A stretch of 63,486 bases of DNA, the filler included, from Chiloscyllium plagiosum (taxonomy: Eukaryota), in assembly GCF_004010195.1 (NCBI RefSeq). It is 4 parts of one record of this genome, joined end to end, with 100 filler letters (N's around TTAATTAATTAA, not from the genome) between each part and the next. Parts side by side here need not be neighbours in the genome. Positions count along the whole stretch, not along the records: positions 1 to 30,458 come from NC_057712.1; 3 more parts are not named here. One strand, given 5' to 3'. The position numbers and the translations under genes were made by a program. Positions 1 through 12,000 of the stretch are shown here, one piece after another. Below the pieces are notes generated by a model that saw only the letters and a program-made list of their open reading frames with translations, ran no database searches and was not told where the DNA came from. The stretch's first letter is position 1. Every line of letters begins with the position of its first letter.

Positions 1-20
1 GAATGAACCCCATCCCCCAC

Positions 21-223
21 CCCGCTCCAGCAGTCTGGCAGCACCCCCCGCTCCAGCTGCCTGGTCAGTACTCCCACTCCAGCAGCCTGGCAGTACCCCA
101 GCTCCATCAGCTTGGACAGTACCCCCACTCCAGCAGCCTGGACAGTACCCCCACTCCAGCAACCTGGACAATGCCCTGCACCAGCAGCGTGGACAGTACC
201 CCTGCTCCAGCAGCCTGGACAGC
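21..223. repeat. Minisatellite, about 8 copies of a ~26-bp unit (cccccactccagcagcctggacagta)
   Basis: Units read directly, e.g. 96-121, 122-147, 148-173. Confidence 0.85.
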
Positions 224-459
224 CCATTGTCCTGCAATCTGTTCCGCACCACCAGCAGGCTTTCCTCCCCCTTGTCTGAGGGTTCCACGTGCTGAGGTAC
301 TGTTTACGTTTATCCCTGAAAACTGATAACCTTGACAAGAGAAAATGGTGATTACAAAGAAAGACTCCCAAGATTCACTGTCACCTCTTGATTTTCTTGA
401 GATCCAGCCTTGAGACATTTCCGCTGGTGATTTAATTTTGATTTACTGTACATACGGAC

Positions 460-1122
460 TAGATACAGGAGTAGGCCATCTGTCCCCTCGATCCTGCTCC
501 ACCACGCAATAAGATCATGGCTAATCTGTTATTGGACTCCACTTACCCGCGCTCTCGCCGTATCCCTTAATTCCTTTATTTTTAAAAAAAATCTTCCTTC
601 TCTTCAAAAGTGTTTACTGCAGTAATATCAACTACTTCCCTGAGCAAGGAATTCCACAGATTCACAACCCTCTGGGTTCAGAAGCTCCTTCTCAATTCAG
701 TCCTAAATCCTCTCCCTCTAATCTTGAGGCTTTGCCCTCTTGTCCTACCTGCCTGTGGAAACATCCTCTCTACTTCTATTTTATCGATTCCCTTCATAAT
801 TTTATATGTTTCTGTAAGATCCCACCTTATTCTTCTAAATTCCAATGAATATAATCCCAGTCTACTCAGTCTCTCCTCATAAGCCAACCCCATCAACTCC
901 GGAATCAACCTCGTGACCTCCTCTGCACCCCCTCCAGTACCAGTACATCCTTTCTCAAGTAAGGAGACCAAAACTGCACACAGTACTCTAGGTGTGGCCT
1001 CACCAGCACCCTGTAGAGCTACCACATTACCTTTGTGATTTTAAGCTCAACCCCTTTAGCAATGAAGGACAAAATTCCATTTGCCTTCCTAATTACGTGT
1101 TGTACCTGTAGACCAACCTTCA
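460..1122 (-). mobile_element. CR1 LINE 3' fragment
   Basis: ORF 678-1025 gives YEERLSRLGLYSLE...DLTETYKIMKG; CR1-type 3' tail near 460. Confidence 0.85.
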
Positions 1123-1844
1123 GTAGAAATGGAAGTTGTACGTTTCTGATCACAGATTCATTGTGGGTCACTGTTGCGCAGCATAAGGGTTTTCTGACTT
1201 CACTCTAGGTGAGATGGAATCAAATCCCTGCAACAAAATCATGGTTTTGTCTTCAAATGAGTACCTAAAAGCTGGCCCCCATCCTTTGCCTCCAGATGGA
1301 CTTGAGGATTTGACTTTCCTGGATCTTCTCACTCTCTCTCTCTGTTCCTGAGGCTGCTCTCCAAAATGTACCTTGATAACTATTCCCTATCAAAATCTGA
1401 TTTCTGTCATATGAGCGTAATATTTGTTAACCAATGTTCATACACTTGGCATTTGATGATTTGGACAATGACAAACGAGTCTTTTGAGTTACACCCATTT
1501 CCATCTCTTTATGATGGAGTGAGTTTCTTCTCAAACGGATTATGATCATTCTGAAAATTCATGGCTCTATTTGGATATTGGATGCTATTAGTTATCAGAA
1601 TTTTTTTTGCATTTAATACTTTCTGTTTCAGTGTTATGAAAAATAATTGTACTTTAATATCCTGTTGAGACAAGTGGTCTACCTTTTAGCCTTATGCAAT
1701 TCCAAATGTATTAGCAGATAAAAAGGTCATATAACTTCTTAACTTCATTTTGCTTCAAAACAGAAAGTCCAGCCTCCATTCTGATTTAAAAATTGTGTTC
1801 ATTTTTTTAAAAAAATCTGAGAGTATGGGGCAGTCAGGAGATAG

Positions 1845-3140
1845 TGGTACATGTATTTGGAAAGGCAAGGACTGATTAGGGATAGTGCATGGGAAATCAT
1901 GTCTCACAAACTTGGTTGAGTTTTTTGAGGAAGTAACAAAAAGGATTGATGAGGACAGAGAGGTAGATATGATCTATATGGACTTCAGTAAGGCGTTCAA
2001 CAAGTTTCCCCATGGGAGATTGATCAGCAAGGTTAGATCTCACGATATACAGGGATAACTAGCCACTTGGATACAGAACTGGCTCAAAGGTAGAAGACAG
2101 AGGGTGGTGGTGGAGGATTGTTTTTCAGACTGGAGGCCTGTGACCAGTGGAGTGCCACAAGGATTGGTGCTGGGACCTCTACTTTTCATCATATATATAA
2201 ATGATTTGGATGTGAGCATAAGAGGTACAGTTAGTAAATTTGCAGATGACACCAAAATTGGAGGTGTAGTGGACAGCGAAGAGGGTTACCTCAGATTACA
2301 ACAGGATCTGGATCAGATGGGCCAATGGGCCGAGAAGTGGCAGATGGAGTTTAATTCAGATAAATGTGAGGTGCTGCATTTTGGGAAAGCAAATCTTAGC
2401 AGGACTTATACACTTAATGGTATGGTCCTGGGGAGTGTTACTGAACAAAGAGACCTTGGAGTGCAGGTTCATAGCTCCTTGAAAGTGGAGTCGCAGGTAG
2501 ATAGGATAGTGAAGAAGGCATTTGGTATGCTTTCCTTTATTGGTCAGAGTATTGAGTACAGGAGTTGGGAGGTCATGTTGCGGCTGTACAGAACATTGGT
2601 TAGGCCACTGTTGGAATATTGCGTGCAATTCTGGTCTCCTTCCTATCGGAAAGATGTTGTGAAACTTGAAAGGGTTCAGAAAAGATTTACAAGTATGTTG
2701 CCAGGGTTGGAGGATTTGAGCTACAGGGAGAGACTGAACAGGCTGGGGCTGTTTTCCCTGGAGTGTCGGAGACTGAGGGGCGGCCTTATAGAGGTTTACA
2801 AAATTATGAAGGACATGGATAGGGTAAATAGGGGTCGGGGAGTCCAGAACTAGAGGACATAGGTTTAGGGTGAGGGGGAAAGATATAAAAGAGATCTCAG
2901 GGACAACTTTTCCACACAGAGGGTGGCATGTGTATGGAATGAGCTGCCAGAGGAAGTGGTGGAGACTGGTACAATTGCAAAATTTAAGAGGCATTTGGAT
3001 GGGTAAATGAATAGGAAGGGTTTGGAGGGATATGGGCCGGGTGCTGGTAGGTGGGATTAGATTGGGTTGAGATATCTGATTGGCATGGACACATTGGACT
3101 GAAGGGTTTGTTTCCATGCTGTACATCTCTATGACTCTAT
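1845..3140 (+). mobile_element. CR1 (HER1-like) LINE, 5'-truncated: RT to 3' tail
   Basis: ORF 2104-2853 has SGVPQG, KFADDTK, LVRPLLEY; tail ends ctctatgactctat. Confidence 0.93.
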
Positions 3141-3149
3141 TAGTAGAAT

Positions 3150-3455
3150 AGAACCCTAGGCTGATGCTCTGTGGACCTGGATTCAAATCTTTCCATGGCC
3201 GCTGATGACATTTTAATTCATTAAAAAATTGGAATATATAGCTAGTCTAATGGAGACTACGTAACCACTGATTGTAGGATTTTACAACAATCTACTTTGC
3301 CACCTTTAGCTTAGGAACCTGCCTTCCTACCCCATCTGGCCAACATGTGAGTCCAACCCAGGACCATACCATTAAGTGTATAAGCAATTGCATTCTGGGT
3401 AATTAGCAATGGGCAGTAACCTTGTCAATGGCACCTACATCCCATGAATAAATTT
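3150..3455 (+). mobile_element. Degenerate tRNA-derived SINE, family B (tail shared with LINE family B)
   Basis: B-box-like ggattcaaatc; tail cctacatcccatgaataaat; similar to 22150-22503 and 49320-49695. Confidence 0.6.
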
Positions 3456-6397
3456 GGATGTCAAAGAGTTACAGAGATGCACAACCTGGAAACAGACTCT
3501 TTGGTCCAAGTCGTCCATGCCAGCCAGTAATCCAAATTAATCTAGTTCCATTTGCCAGCACTTGGCTCATTTCTCTCTAAACCGTTTCTATTCATATCCC
3601 CCTCTAGATGCCTTTTAAATGTTGTAATTGTATCTACCACTTCTCTGGCAGCTCATTACATGCACTCACCACCCACTGCATGAAAACGTTGCCCCTTAGT
3701 TCCTTTTAAATCTTTCCCTTCTCAACACCCTCTAAATTTGGACTCCCCCACCCCAGGGAAAAGACCTTGTCTATTTACAGTATCCATGCCCCTCACTGTT
3801 TTATAAACATGTAGCAGGTCACCCCTCAGCCTTTGATGCTCCGGGGAAAACAGCCCCAGCCTGTTCAGCCTCTCCCTGTAGCTCAAATCCTCCAACCCTG
3901 GCAACATTCTTGTAAATCTTTTCTGCACCCCTTCAAGTTTCAAAACATTCTTCCGAAAGGAAGGAGACCAGAATAGCCATGATATTCCAAACATTAGCCT
4001 AACCAACAGCCACAACACGACCTCCCAACTCCTATGCTCAATGCTCTGACCAATAAAGGCAAACATACCAAACACCTTCTTCACTATCCCATCTAAATGC
4101 AACTCCAATTTCAAGGAACAATGAACCTGCACTCCAAGATCTCTTTGTTCAGCAACACTTCCGAGGACATTACCATTAAGTGTATAAATCCTACCCTGAT
4201 TTGCCTTTCCAAATGCAGCACCTCACATTTATCTAAATTAAACTCCAGCTGTTACTCCTCAACCCATTGGCACATCTGATCATGACCCTGTTGTAATCTG
4301 AGGTAACCTTCATCATTGTCCACTGCACCTACAATGTTGGTGTCATCTGCAAACTTACTAACTATACCTCCTATATTAAAATCCAAATCATTTATATAAA
4401 TAATGAAATGTAGAGGACCCAGCACCATTCCTTGTGGCACTCCACTGGTCACAGGCCTCCAGTCTGAAAAACAACCCTCCACCACCACCCTCTGTCTTCT
4501 ACCTTTGTGCAAATGCTGTATCCAAATGGCTAGTTCTCCCTGTATTCCATGTGATCTAATCTTGCTAACCAATGTGCCATGAGGAACCCTGTTGAATGCC
4601 TTACTGAAGTCCATATACATCACGCCCACCCTACCCTCATCAATCCTCTTTGTTACTTCTTCAAAAAGCTCAATCAAGTTCGTGGGACATGATTTCCCAT
4701 GCGCAAAGCCATGTTGACTATCCCTAATCAATCCTTGCCTTTCCAAATACATGGAAATCCAGTCCTTCAGGATTCCCTCCAACAACTTGCCACCACTGTT
4801 GTCAACCTCAGAGGTCTGTAGTTCCCTGGCTTGTCCTGACCACCCTTCCTAAACAGTGGCACCACGTTTGCCTACCTCCAGTCTTCCGGCACTTCACCTG
4901 TGACTATTGATGATACAAATATCTCAGCAAGAGGCCCAGCAATCACTTTTCTAGCTTCCCACAGAGTTCTAGGGTACACCTGATCAGGTCCTGGGGATTT
5001 ATCCACCTTTTGAATTTTAACACATCCAGCACCACCTTCTCTTTAATATGGACAATTTTCAAGATGTCACCATCTATTTTCCTACTTTCTATATCTTCCA
5101 TATCCTTTTCCACAGTAAATACTGATGCAAAATACTCATTTAGTATCTCCCCATCTCCTGCAGCTCCACACAAAGGCTGCCTTGCTGATCTTTGAGGGGC
5201 CCTATTCTCTCACTAGTTACCATTTTGTCCTTAATGTATTTGTAAACACCCTTTGGATTCTTCTCAACCCTCTTTGCCAAAGCTATCTCATGTCCCCTTT
5301 TTGCCTTGATTTTCCTCTTAAGTATACTCCTACTGCCTTTATACTCTTCTAAGGATTCACTCAACCTCTCCTGTCTATACCTTACATATGCTTCCTTCTT
5401 TTTCTGGACCAAACTCTCAATTTCTCTAGTCATCCAGCATTCCCTATACCTACCAGCCTTGCCCTTAACCTTAACAGGAATTTACTGTCTCTGGACTCTC
5501 GTTATCTCAGTTTTAAAGGTGTCCCATTTTCCAGCCGTCCCTTTACCTGCGAATATCTGTGCCCAATCAGCTTTTGAAAGTTCTTGCCTAATACAGTCAA
5601 GTTTGACCTTTCTCCAATTTAGAACTTCAACTTTTAGTTCTGGTCTATCCTTTTGCATCACTATATTTAAACTAATAGAATTATAGTCACTGGCCCCAAA
5701 GTGCTCCCCCACTGACACCTCAGTCACCTGCCTTATTTCCCAAGAGTAGGTCAAATTTTGCACCTTCTCTAGTAGGTACATCCACATACTGAATCAGAAA
5801 ATTGTCTTGTACACACTTAAATCCATCTCTATCTTAACCCTTAATACTATGACAGTCCCAGTCTATGTTTGGAAAGTTAAAATCCCCTACCATAACCACC
5901 TTATTTTTCTTATAGATAACTGAGATCTCCTTACAAAATTGTTTCTCAATTTCCCGCTGATGATGGGGTGGTCTACAGTACAATCCAAATAGGGTGATCA
6001 TCCCTTTCTTATTTCGTGGTTCCACCTAAATAACTTCCCTGGACGTATTCCCAGGAATATCTTCCCTAATCCCTAATCAAAAATGCCACACCCCCTCCTC
6101 TCTTGCCTCCCTTTCTATCCTTCCTCCAGCCTTTGTATCCTGAAACATTAAGCTGTCAGTCCTGTCCATCCCTGAGCCATGTCTCTGTAATTGCTATGAT
6201 ATCCCAGTCCCATGTTCCTAACCATGCCCTGAGTTAATCTGTTAGGCCATCTGGCATCGAAGTAAATGTAGTTTAATTTATCAGTCCTACTTTGTTCTCT
6301 GTTCCTGCCTGCCCTGACTGTCTGACTTGCTCCTTTTCTCAACTCTACCAGTCTCAGATTGATCTTTTTCCTCACTGTCTCCCTGGGTCCCACCCAC

Positions 6398-6535
6398 TCA
6401 GGTTGTCAACCACCTGATGAAGAAGCGACGCTCCGAAAGCTAGTGCTTCCAATTAAACCTGTTGGACTATAATCTGGTGTTATGTGATTTTTAACTTTGT
6501 ACACACCAGCCCAACACGGGCATCTCCAAATTACA
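6398..6535 (+). mobile_element. PLE terminal-repeat fragment inserted in CR1 ORF1
   Basis: Same family as the pLTR at 56079-56170 (opposite strand), which abuts a GIY-YIG ORF; contains ctgatga...gaaagcta. Confidence 0.75.
6411..6445 (+). ncRNA. Minimal hammerhead ribozyme motif in PLE terminal repeat
   Basis: cac-CTGATGA-a-gaagc gac gctcc-GAAA-gc-TA-gtg; stem I cac/gtg, palindromic AGCT stem III. Confidence 0.6.
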
Positions 6536-6925
6536 ATGACCACCTGCTGGTCCCTCTCCCCTTTGAGCATATTCTGCACTGTCTCCGAATATCCTTGATC
6601 CTGGCATCAGGGAGACAATACACCATTCTGATGTCCTGCTGTTGGCCACAGAATTGTCTTTCTGTGCCTCTGACTAGAGAGTCGCCTATCACAATCGATC
6701 ATTTAGAACCTAGGGTACCCCTCATTACATTAGAGCCAATCTCACTACCAGAAACCAGTTCTACACTCCCCTGAGAATCTTTCACCTCCTACATTTTCCA
6801 AAACAGCAAACTTGTTTGAGATGGGGATAGCCACAGGAGACTCCTGCACTACCTGCCTCCCTCTTTTACCTTTCCTGGACGTAACCCATCTACCGAACAT
6901 ATCTGTGGTTTTTCTCCCTTCCTAT

Positions 6926-7237
6926 GGGTTGGCACAGTGGCTCAGTGGTTAGCACTGCTGCCTCACAGCACCAGGGTTCCAAGCTCGATTCCAGTCTCTG
7001 ATGACTGTCTGTGTGGAATTTGCACGTTCTCCCCGTGTCTGCGTGGGTTTCCTCCGGGTGCTCCGGTTTCCTCCCATAGTCCAAAGATGTGTGGGTCAGG
7101 TGAATTGGCCATGCTAAATTGCCCATAGTGTTAGGTGCATTAGTCAGAGGGAAACGGGTCTGGGTGGGTTAGTCTTCGAAGGGTTGGTCTGTTGGGCCTG
7201 TTTCCACGCTGTCGGGAATCTAATTTAAATCTAATCT
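6926..7237 (+). mobile_element. HE1-type V-SINE
   Basis: tRNA head tggctcagtggttagcac; V-domain gtgtggaatttgcacgttctccccgtgtctgcgtgggtttcc; CR1-like tail with aatct repeats. Confidence 0.9.
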
Positions 7238-7344
7238 ATAACTGCCATTCATCATACCCCCTGTAAATCCTCCCGAGCTGCTCCTGTAAATTCCTCATTG
7301 CTTCAAATGGCTGCTGCAACCGATCACTGTGATCTGATAGGAGT

Positions 7345-8121
7345 AAGTGAGGTCTGCAGACCCCGACGTGGTCGACGATGCCCTCCACCGCATCTCTTCC
7401 ACTTCCCGCTCCTCCGCCCTTGAACCCCGCCCCTCCAACCGCCACCAGGACAGAACCCCACTGGTCCTCACCTACCACCCCACCAATCTCCATGTACAGC
7501 GCATCATCCGCCGTCATTTCCGCTACCTCCAAACGGACCCCACCACCAAGGATATATTTCCCTCCCCTCCCCTATCAGCATTCCGTAAAGACCACTCCCT
7601 CCGCGACTCCCTTGTCAGACCCACACCCCCCACCGACCCAACCTCCACTCCCGGCACCTTCCACTGCAACCGCAGGAGGTGCAAGACTTGCGCCCACACC
7701 TCCCCCCTCACCACCCTCCAAGGCCCCAAAGGAAACTTCCATATCCGCCACAGATTCACCTGCACCTCCACACACATCATCTATTGCATCCTCTGCACCC
7801 GATGTGGCCTCCTCTATATTGGGGAGACAGGCCGCCTACTTGCGGAGCACTTCAGAGAACACCTCTGGGACACCCGGACCAACCAACCCAACCACCCTGT
7901 AGCTCAACATTTCAATTCCCCCTCCCACACCCTCACCTTGACCTCTTTCCACCTATCACATTTCCGACGCCCCTCTCCCAAGTCCCTCCTCCCTACCTTT
8001 TATCTTAGCCTGCTGGACAAACTTTCCCCATTCCTGAGGAAGGGCTTATGCCCGAAACGTCGATTCTCCTGTTCCCTGGATGCTGCCTGACCTGCTGCGC
8101 TTTTCCAGCAACACATTTCCA
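7345..8121 (+). mobile_element. PLE 3' part (GIY-YIG endonuclease + pLTR) with 14-bp TSD
   Basis: ORF 7347-8090 has CKTC, IIYCILCTRCGLLYIGETGR; TSD gatctgataggagt at 7331-7344 and 8122-8135. Confidence 0.92.
8032..8063 (+). ncRNA. Minimal hammerhead ribozyme motif in PLE terminal repeat
   Basis: CTGAGGA-a-gggc ttat gccc-GAAA-cg-TC; perfect 4-bp stem II. Confidence 0.65.
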
Positions 8122-8355
8122 GATCTGATAGGAGTCCCAATCAAATAAACTTCCTGAAGACATAATAACCAGTAACGTGGAAACTCTCCCTAATCTCCCA
8201 TATCCAACAGGAGGAGCACATCACTCTACTAAAAGTCATCTTGACACTTTAACAGTCTATGGACACAGAAAATAACACAGTCCTACTGCTCTACAAAACA
8301 CTGCTCCAGGCTAACTTAGGACCTATGTTTTATATTTTTAAAGTGTAATCAAGGG

Positions 8356-8975
8356 TGTTATGGACAGGACCAGACCACTCAAAAATATTCTTAAACAGGC
8401 AGCTCAGACCATAACTTTGCCAATTTGTTTCAGTAAGTGTACAGTGAAAATGACCCGGAGTAAGTTAGCTAGCTTGACTACCAGGTTTTAAAACAGACAA
8501 AACTTTATTCACAAAATTAAACAATGAAACACAAAGAAGAGAATAAAGAACCCCTACAGAAGTCAGTCTATCCAAACTAGACTTATTTATGCTGTTCCAA
8601 ATATACACAACAGTTCCAATAAGTAAACCCCCTGAAACACAGTAAAAATAAAACAAATGCTTACAGGTTGAAGTTAGAAGAGCAGAAGGAGAGAGAGTCT
8701 GGCAGCCTGTTTCCACATAGCTCGACTGCTGAACTCCAAACTAGTTCTGGACTGAACTGCTCAGCTTTCCACTCCCCTTTTATTATACAGGTCACTTCTA
8801 AAACATGATCACTTTGGCCTGAAGTCTCATTTGTTTACAGATAAACAAAAGACCTCTCAAAATCCTTTTTCATCTCTGTACCAAACTAGCCAACTCAGAG
8901 CTAGGAGTGTTTTATGACCCCTCTGAAAATAACCAAGGACCCAGTATCCTTGAGAAAAGGAACAGCTTTGTGGCA
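8356..8975 (-). mobile_element. Solo LTR (~620 bp), probably Gypsy
   Basis: Termini tgttatgg...tgtggca (TG...CA); near-TSD aggg/agag; minus-strand TATA-like tataataaaa (~8777-8788) and aataaa (~8504-8509); interrupts the CR1 5'UTR. Confidence 0.75.
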
Positions 8976-9077
8976 AGAGACAGATCTCAATAAAGCATAT
9001 AATCAAAAAAGAACCCACTCTGCTGGATGTACTAAAAGGCAAAGAACAATAAAGAATACTTAAAAGCTATGCATCTG

Positions 9078-12000
9078 AGGGAATCCTAGATGGCAGCATC
9101 CTGTTAGGATCGCGTTTGCTGGGCTGCACACCACAACACCAACCTGACAGACCTTGCACCCGTCCCATTCACTTTACAGGGAGTAAAAACACAGTAAAGG
9201 AGTTAGAAACCCGAATAAACGACTTACCTTTGTTCTTGCAGCTGAAGAATGCCAAAAAAAAGGAAGCTTGCTTGGGGTTGAAGCCATGGCCCAGCCCACT
9301 GAAGCTGCAGCTTGCTTATTCACCAGACCCTGGTTGAGCAGCTGGCCAAATCTTGCGAGCTCCTGGGGAAGCAGATCGAGAGAAAAAAAAATTGAAGAGA
9401 GGCTGGCTCTTGTATCTGCAACGCTACAATCCCTGGGAAAAAGAACCAATAAACTCGAGCGCCAGGCTGCAGGGGTAAAGGCAGAGACTGACTCCTCCAA
9501 GAGGCGGTTTGAAGCTCTGGAAACACAAGTCCGTGGTCTGTTGGATCTGGTAGATAATCTCGAAAACAGGGGCAGAAGAAAGAACCTGCGCATTGCTGGC
9601 ATACTGGAGGGGACAGAAGGTGAGAGACCAGTGGAGTTCTTTGAGAAGTGGTTCCCAGAATTCCTTAGTTTGGAAACTGAGGTGGGAAGCATAACAATTG
9701 AGAGAGCCCACCGGATCGCAGCACGAAAGCCAGGTGCTGATCAGCATGCACACCGTGTCCTGGTGAGGTTTTCATCGTTATAAAGACAAGCAGGGGGTCA
9801 TGGGAGCCTCTAGACCCTGAGTGAGGGTTCGATGAGCATTGGTATGTGACGGCTCCAGGGTCATGTTCTTCTCAGTGGCAGTGGTCCAGAAAAGGAAGTC
9901 CTACGATGGCGTCAAGAGGAGATTGAGAGAGCTCGGAGTCCAGTATTCTCTAAGATATCCAGCGGTGCTTTGGATCAATCATAATGGATCCATACATTTG
10001 TTCAACTCGCCAGAGAAAGTGAAGAACTTTGTGGATAAGTTCTTAAGTCAAACAGCCGAATAGGCATTGAGGAAAGAGCTGTTCAGGTTTGTTCTTCTTT
10101 AAAAAAGACTTAGTGGCATCTTCTTTCTGGTAATACATTGCATTAAATGTCTGGGATGAATAGAGTATTTATCTTTAATCTCTAGGTTATGTTAAGGGAT
10201 GGGTGATATGTTTATTTTTAGTTTACATGTTTATAGTACAAACCTTGCTCTTGGTGTTTTTTCTCTACCGGGTTGTTGGTTTATGTGGCGCGACCCGAGC
10301 TGGTAGTTGAGAGGGTGGTTGGGATGGTTAGTCGGGTTGTAGGATGTGTAGGTACCCACTTTGAAGTGGGGGGGGGGTTAAATTTCTCCAGTCAGTGCTT
10401 TTGGAGATTTTTTTGTTTTTCTGTTTTTGCTGTACATAGTTTATATAAGTTTTGTAGATTCGTTGGCTGTAGTTATTTTAGTCTGTGTGGTTTTTTAGAT
10501 TTTGTGGATTCTTTTGCATTAAAGCTCAGTGATCTGTAGTTCGGGTTCTTCCTCTCTGGGGTCAAAATGGTGCTATGGAAGGTTTTGGCTCAGGATGTGT
10601 TTAAGTGATGCACCTGAAATATTAAGGGAAGTCACTTTCTGGTCAAGAGGAAGAAGGTACTTTCTAGCCTTGAAAGGGAGAGGGTGGATGTTGCCTAATT
10701 ACAAGAAATGCACTTGGATGACGCAGAGCTTTTGAAGCTGCAACAGAATGGGTTGATTTCTCATTCTTTCAATATGAGTAGAGGGGTGGCCATTTTAGTT
10801 AGAGAGAATCTCCCATTTAAGTTGTTAGAGTGTATTAAAGACATACAAGGGAGACTTGTAATCCTTAAAGCTTTGATACATGGGGAAGATTATGGGATCT
10901 TAAATGTTTAGTGTCCCTTGGCCCACACCCTTAAGTTCTTGACAGATGCACTTTCTAGGCTGGTTAACCTTGCATCTCAACATATTGTTGTAGGAGGGGA
11001 TTTCAATTGTCTAATAGACCTTGTGATGGACATATTGCCCAAAGGCCCACCAATATCTTCTTCGCAATCTAAACAATTAAGGGATCTGTATACGGAATTG
11101 TGGTTGGTAGATGTTTGGAGGCACCTTCATCCCACTGGCAGGGACTTCACCTTCTCTTTGAACCCACATAAATGCCATACCAGGATTGATCTTTTTCTGA
11201 CCCCGCAGCACATCTAGGCTCGGTGGCGTCATGTACATTTCCGATCACACCCCAGTGCATTTAAAGGTTAAGTGTAAGGAAATGGTGGTAGGCTCGAAGC
11301 ACTGGTGACTGGACCCCTTCATCCTCAACAATAGCAAGTTTATTGAATTCTTTTCTGCTGCGTTCAGGGCATCAGAAGCCCATCCATTCTCTGGGAAACA
11401 GCTAAAGACTATGCTGGGGATTGTTTATTTTCTATTCAGCCAGAAAGAAGCAGCAGACAGGTGAGCAGCAATGCTTGCTCGAGACACATCTGAAAGCAGC
11501 TGGAAAGGTATACTTTGACAGGCCCTCACTGACTAAACTACGGACATCCAAAAGGCATCTTACATTTGCAAGTCAAAGGCTGTTTGAGCATTGGGATAAG
11601 CCGGGCAAGTACCAGCATATCTTGCCAGGACAAGGAGTGTGCCCCCAAGCCATTACCACGATCAGGGAGGACACTGAAAGAATTAATGCAGCATTTCTGA
11701 AATTTTACTCTGAAAGCTGAGAGAGTGGGCAGGTTAGGATGGAGTCTTTTTTTTTTAAGAATTTGGACCTTCCGGGAGCGACCTCTGAACAAGAGTCTCT
11801 CCTCGATGCCCCATTGTCAGAGCAAGAGGTGCAGGAGGCTGTGAGGCAGCTCCAGGATGGGAAGGCACTGGGTCCTGATGGGCTCCCCAGGAGTTCTATA
11901 AGGAATTTATAAGTATATTGTCAGGGCCGATGCTTACTATGTTTAATGACTCACATAGTCATGGCCTCCTCCCACCATCTCTAAGAGAGGCAAACATCTC

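Larger units (their letters stand above)
3465..9025 (-). mobile_element. Near full-length decayed CR1 LINE (5'UTR, ORF1, EN, RT, 3' tail) carrying four nested insertions
   Basis: ORF1 start ATG 8239-8237 (MTFSRVMCSSC); VIGDSLVRG near 6670-6695; EN VGDFNFPNIDW (5834-6025); RT DFSKAF/SGVPQG/FADD (4252-4785); 3' tail at ~3465. Confidence 0.9.

Noticed and set aside
21..223. Possible CRISPR-like array
   Set aside because: Units are contiguous without unique spacers, there are no cas genes, and the context is eukaryotic.
3..418. Pro/Ser-rich ORFs on both strands
   Set aside because: Explained by the 26-bp minisatellite.
2356..3186. 276-aa minus-strand ORF
   Set aside because: Antisense shadow of a CR1 RT region with no independent protein signature.
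6926..7005. tRNA gene
   Set aside because: tRNA-derived SINE head continuing into V-domain and LINE tail.
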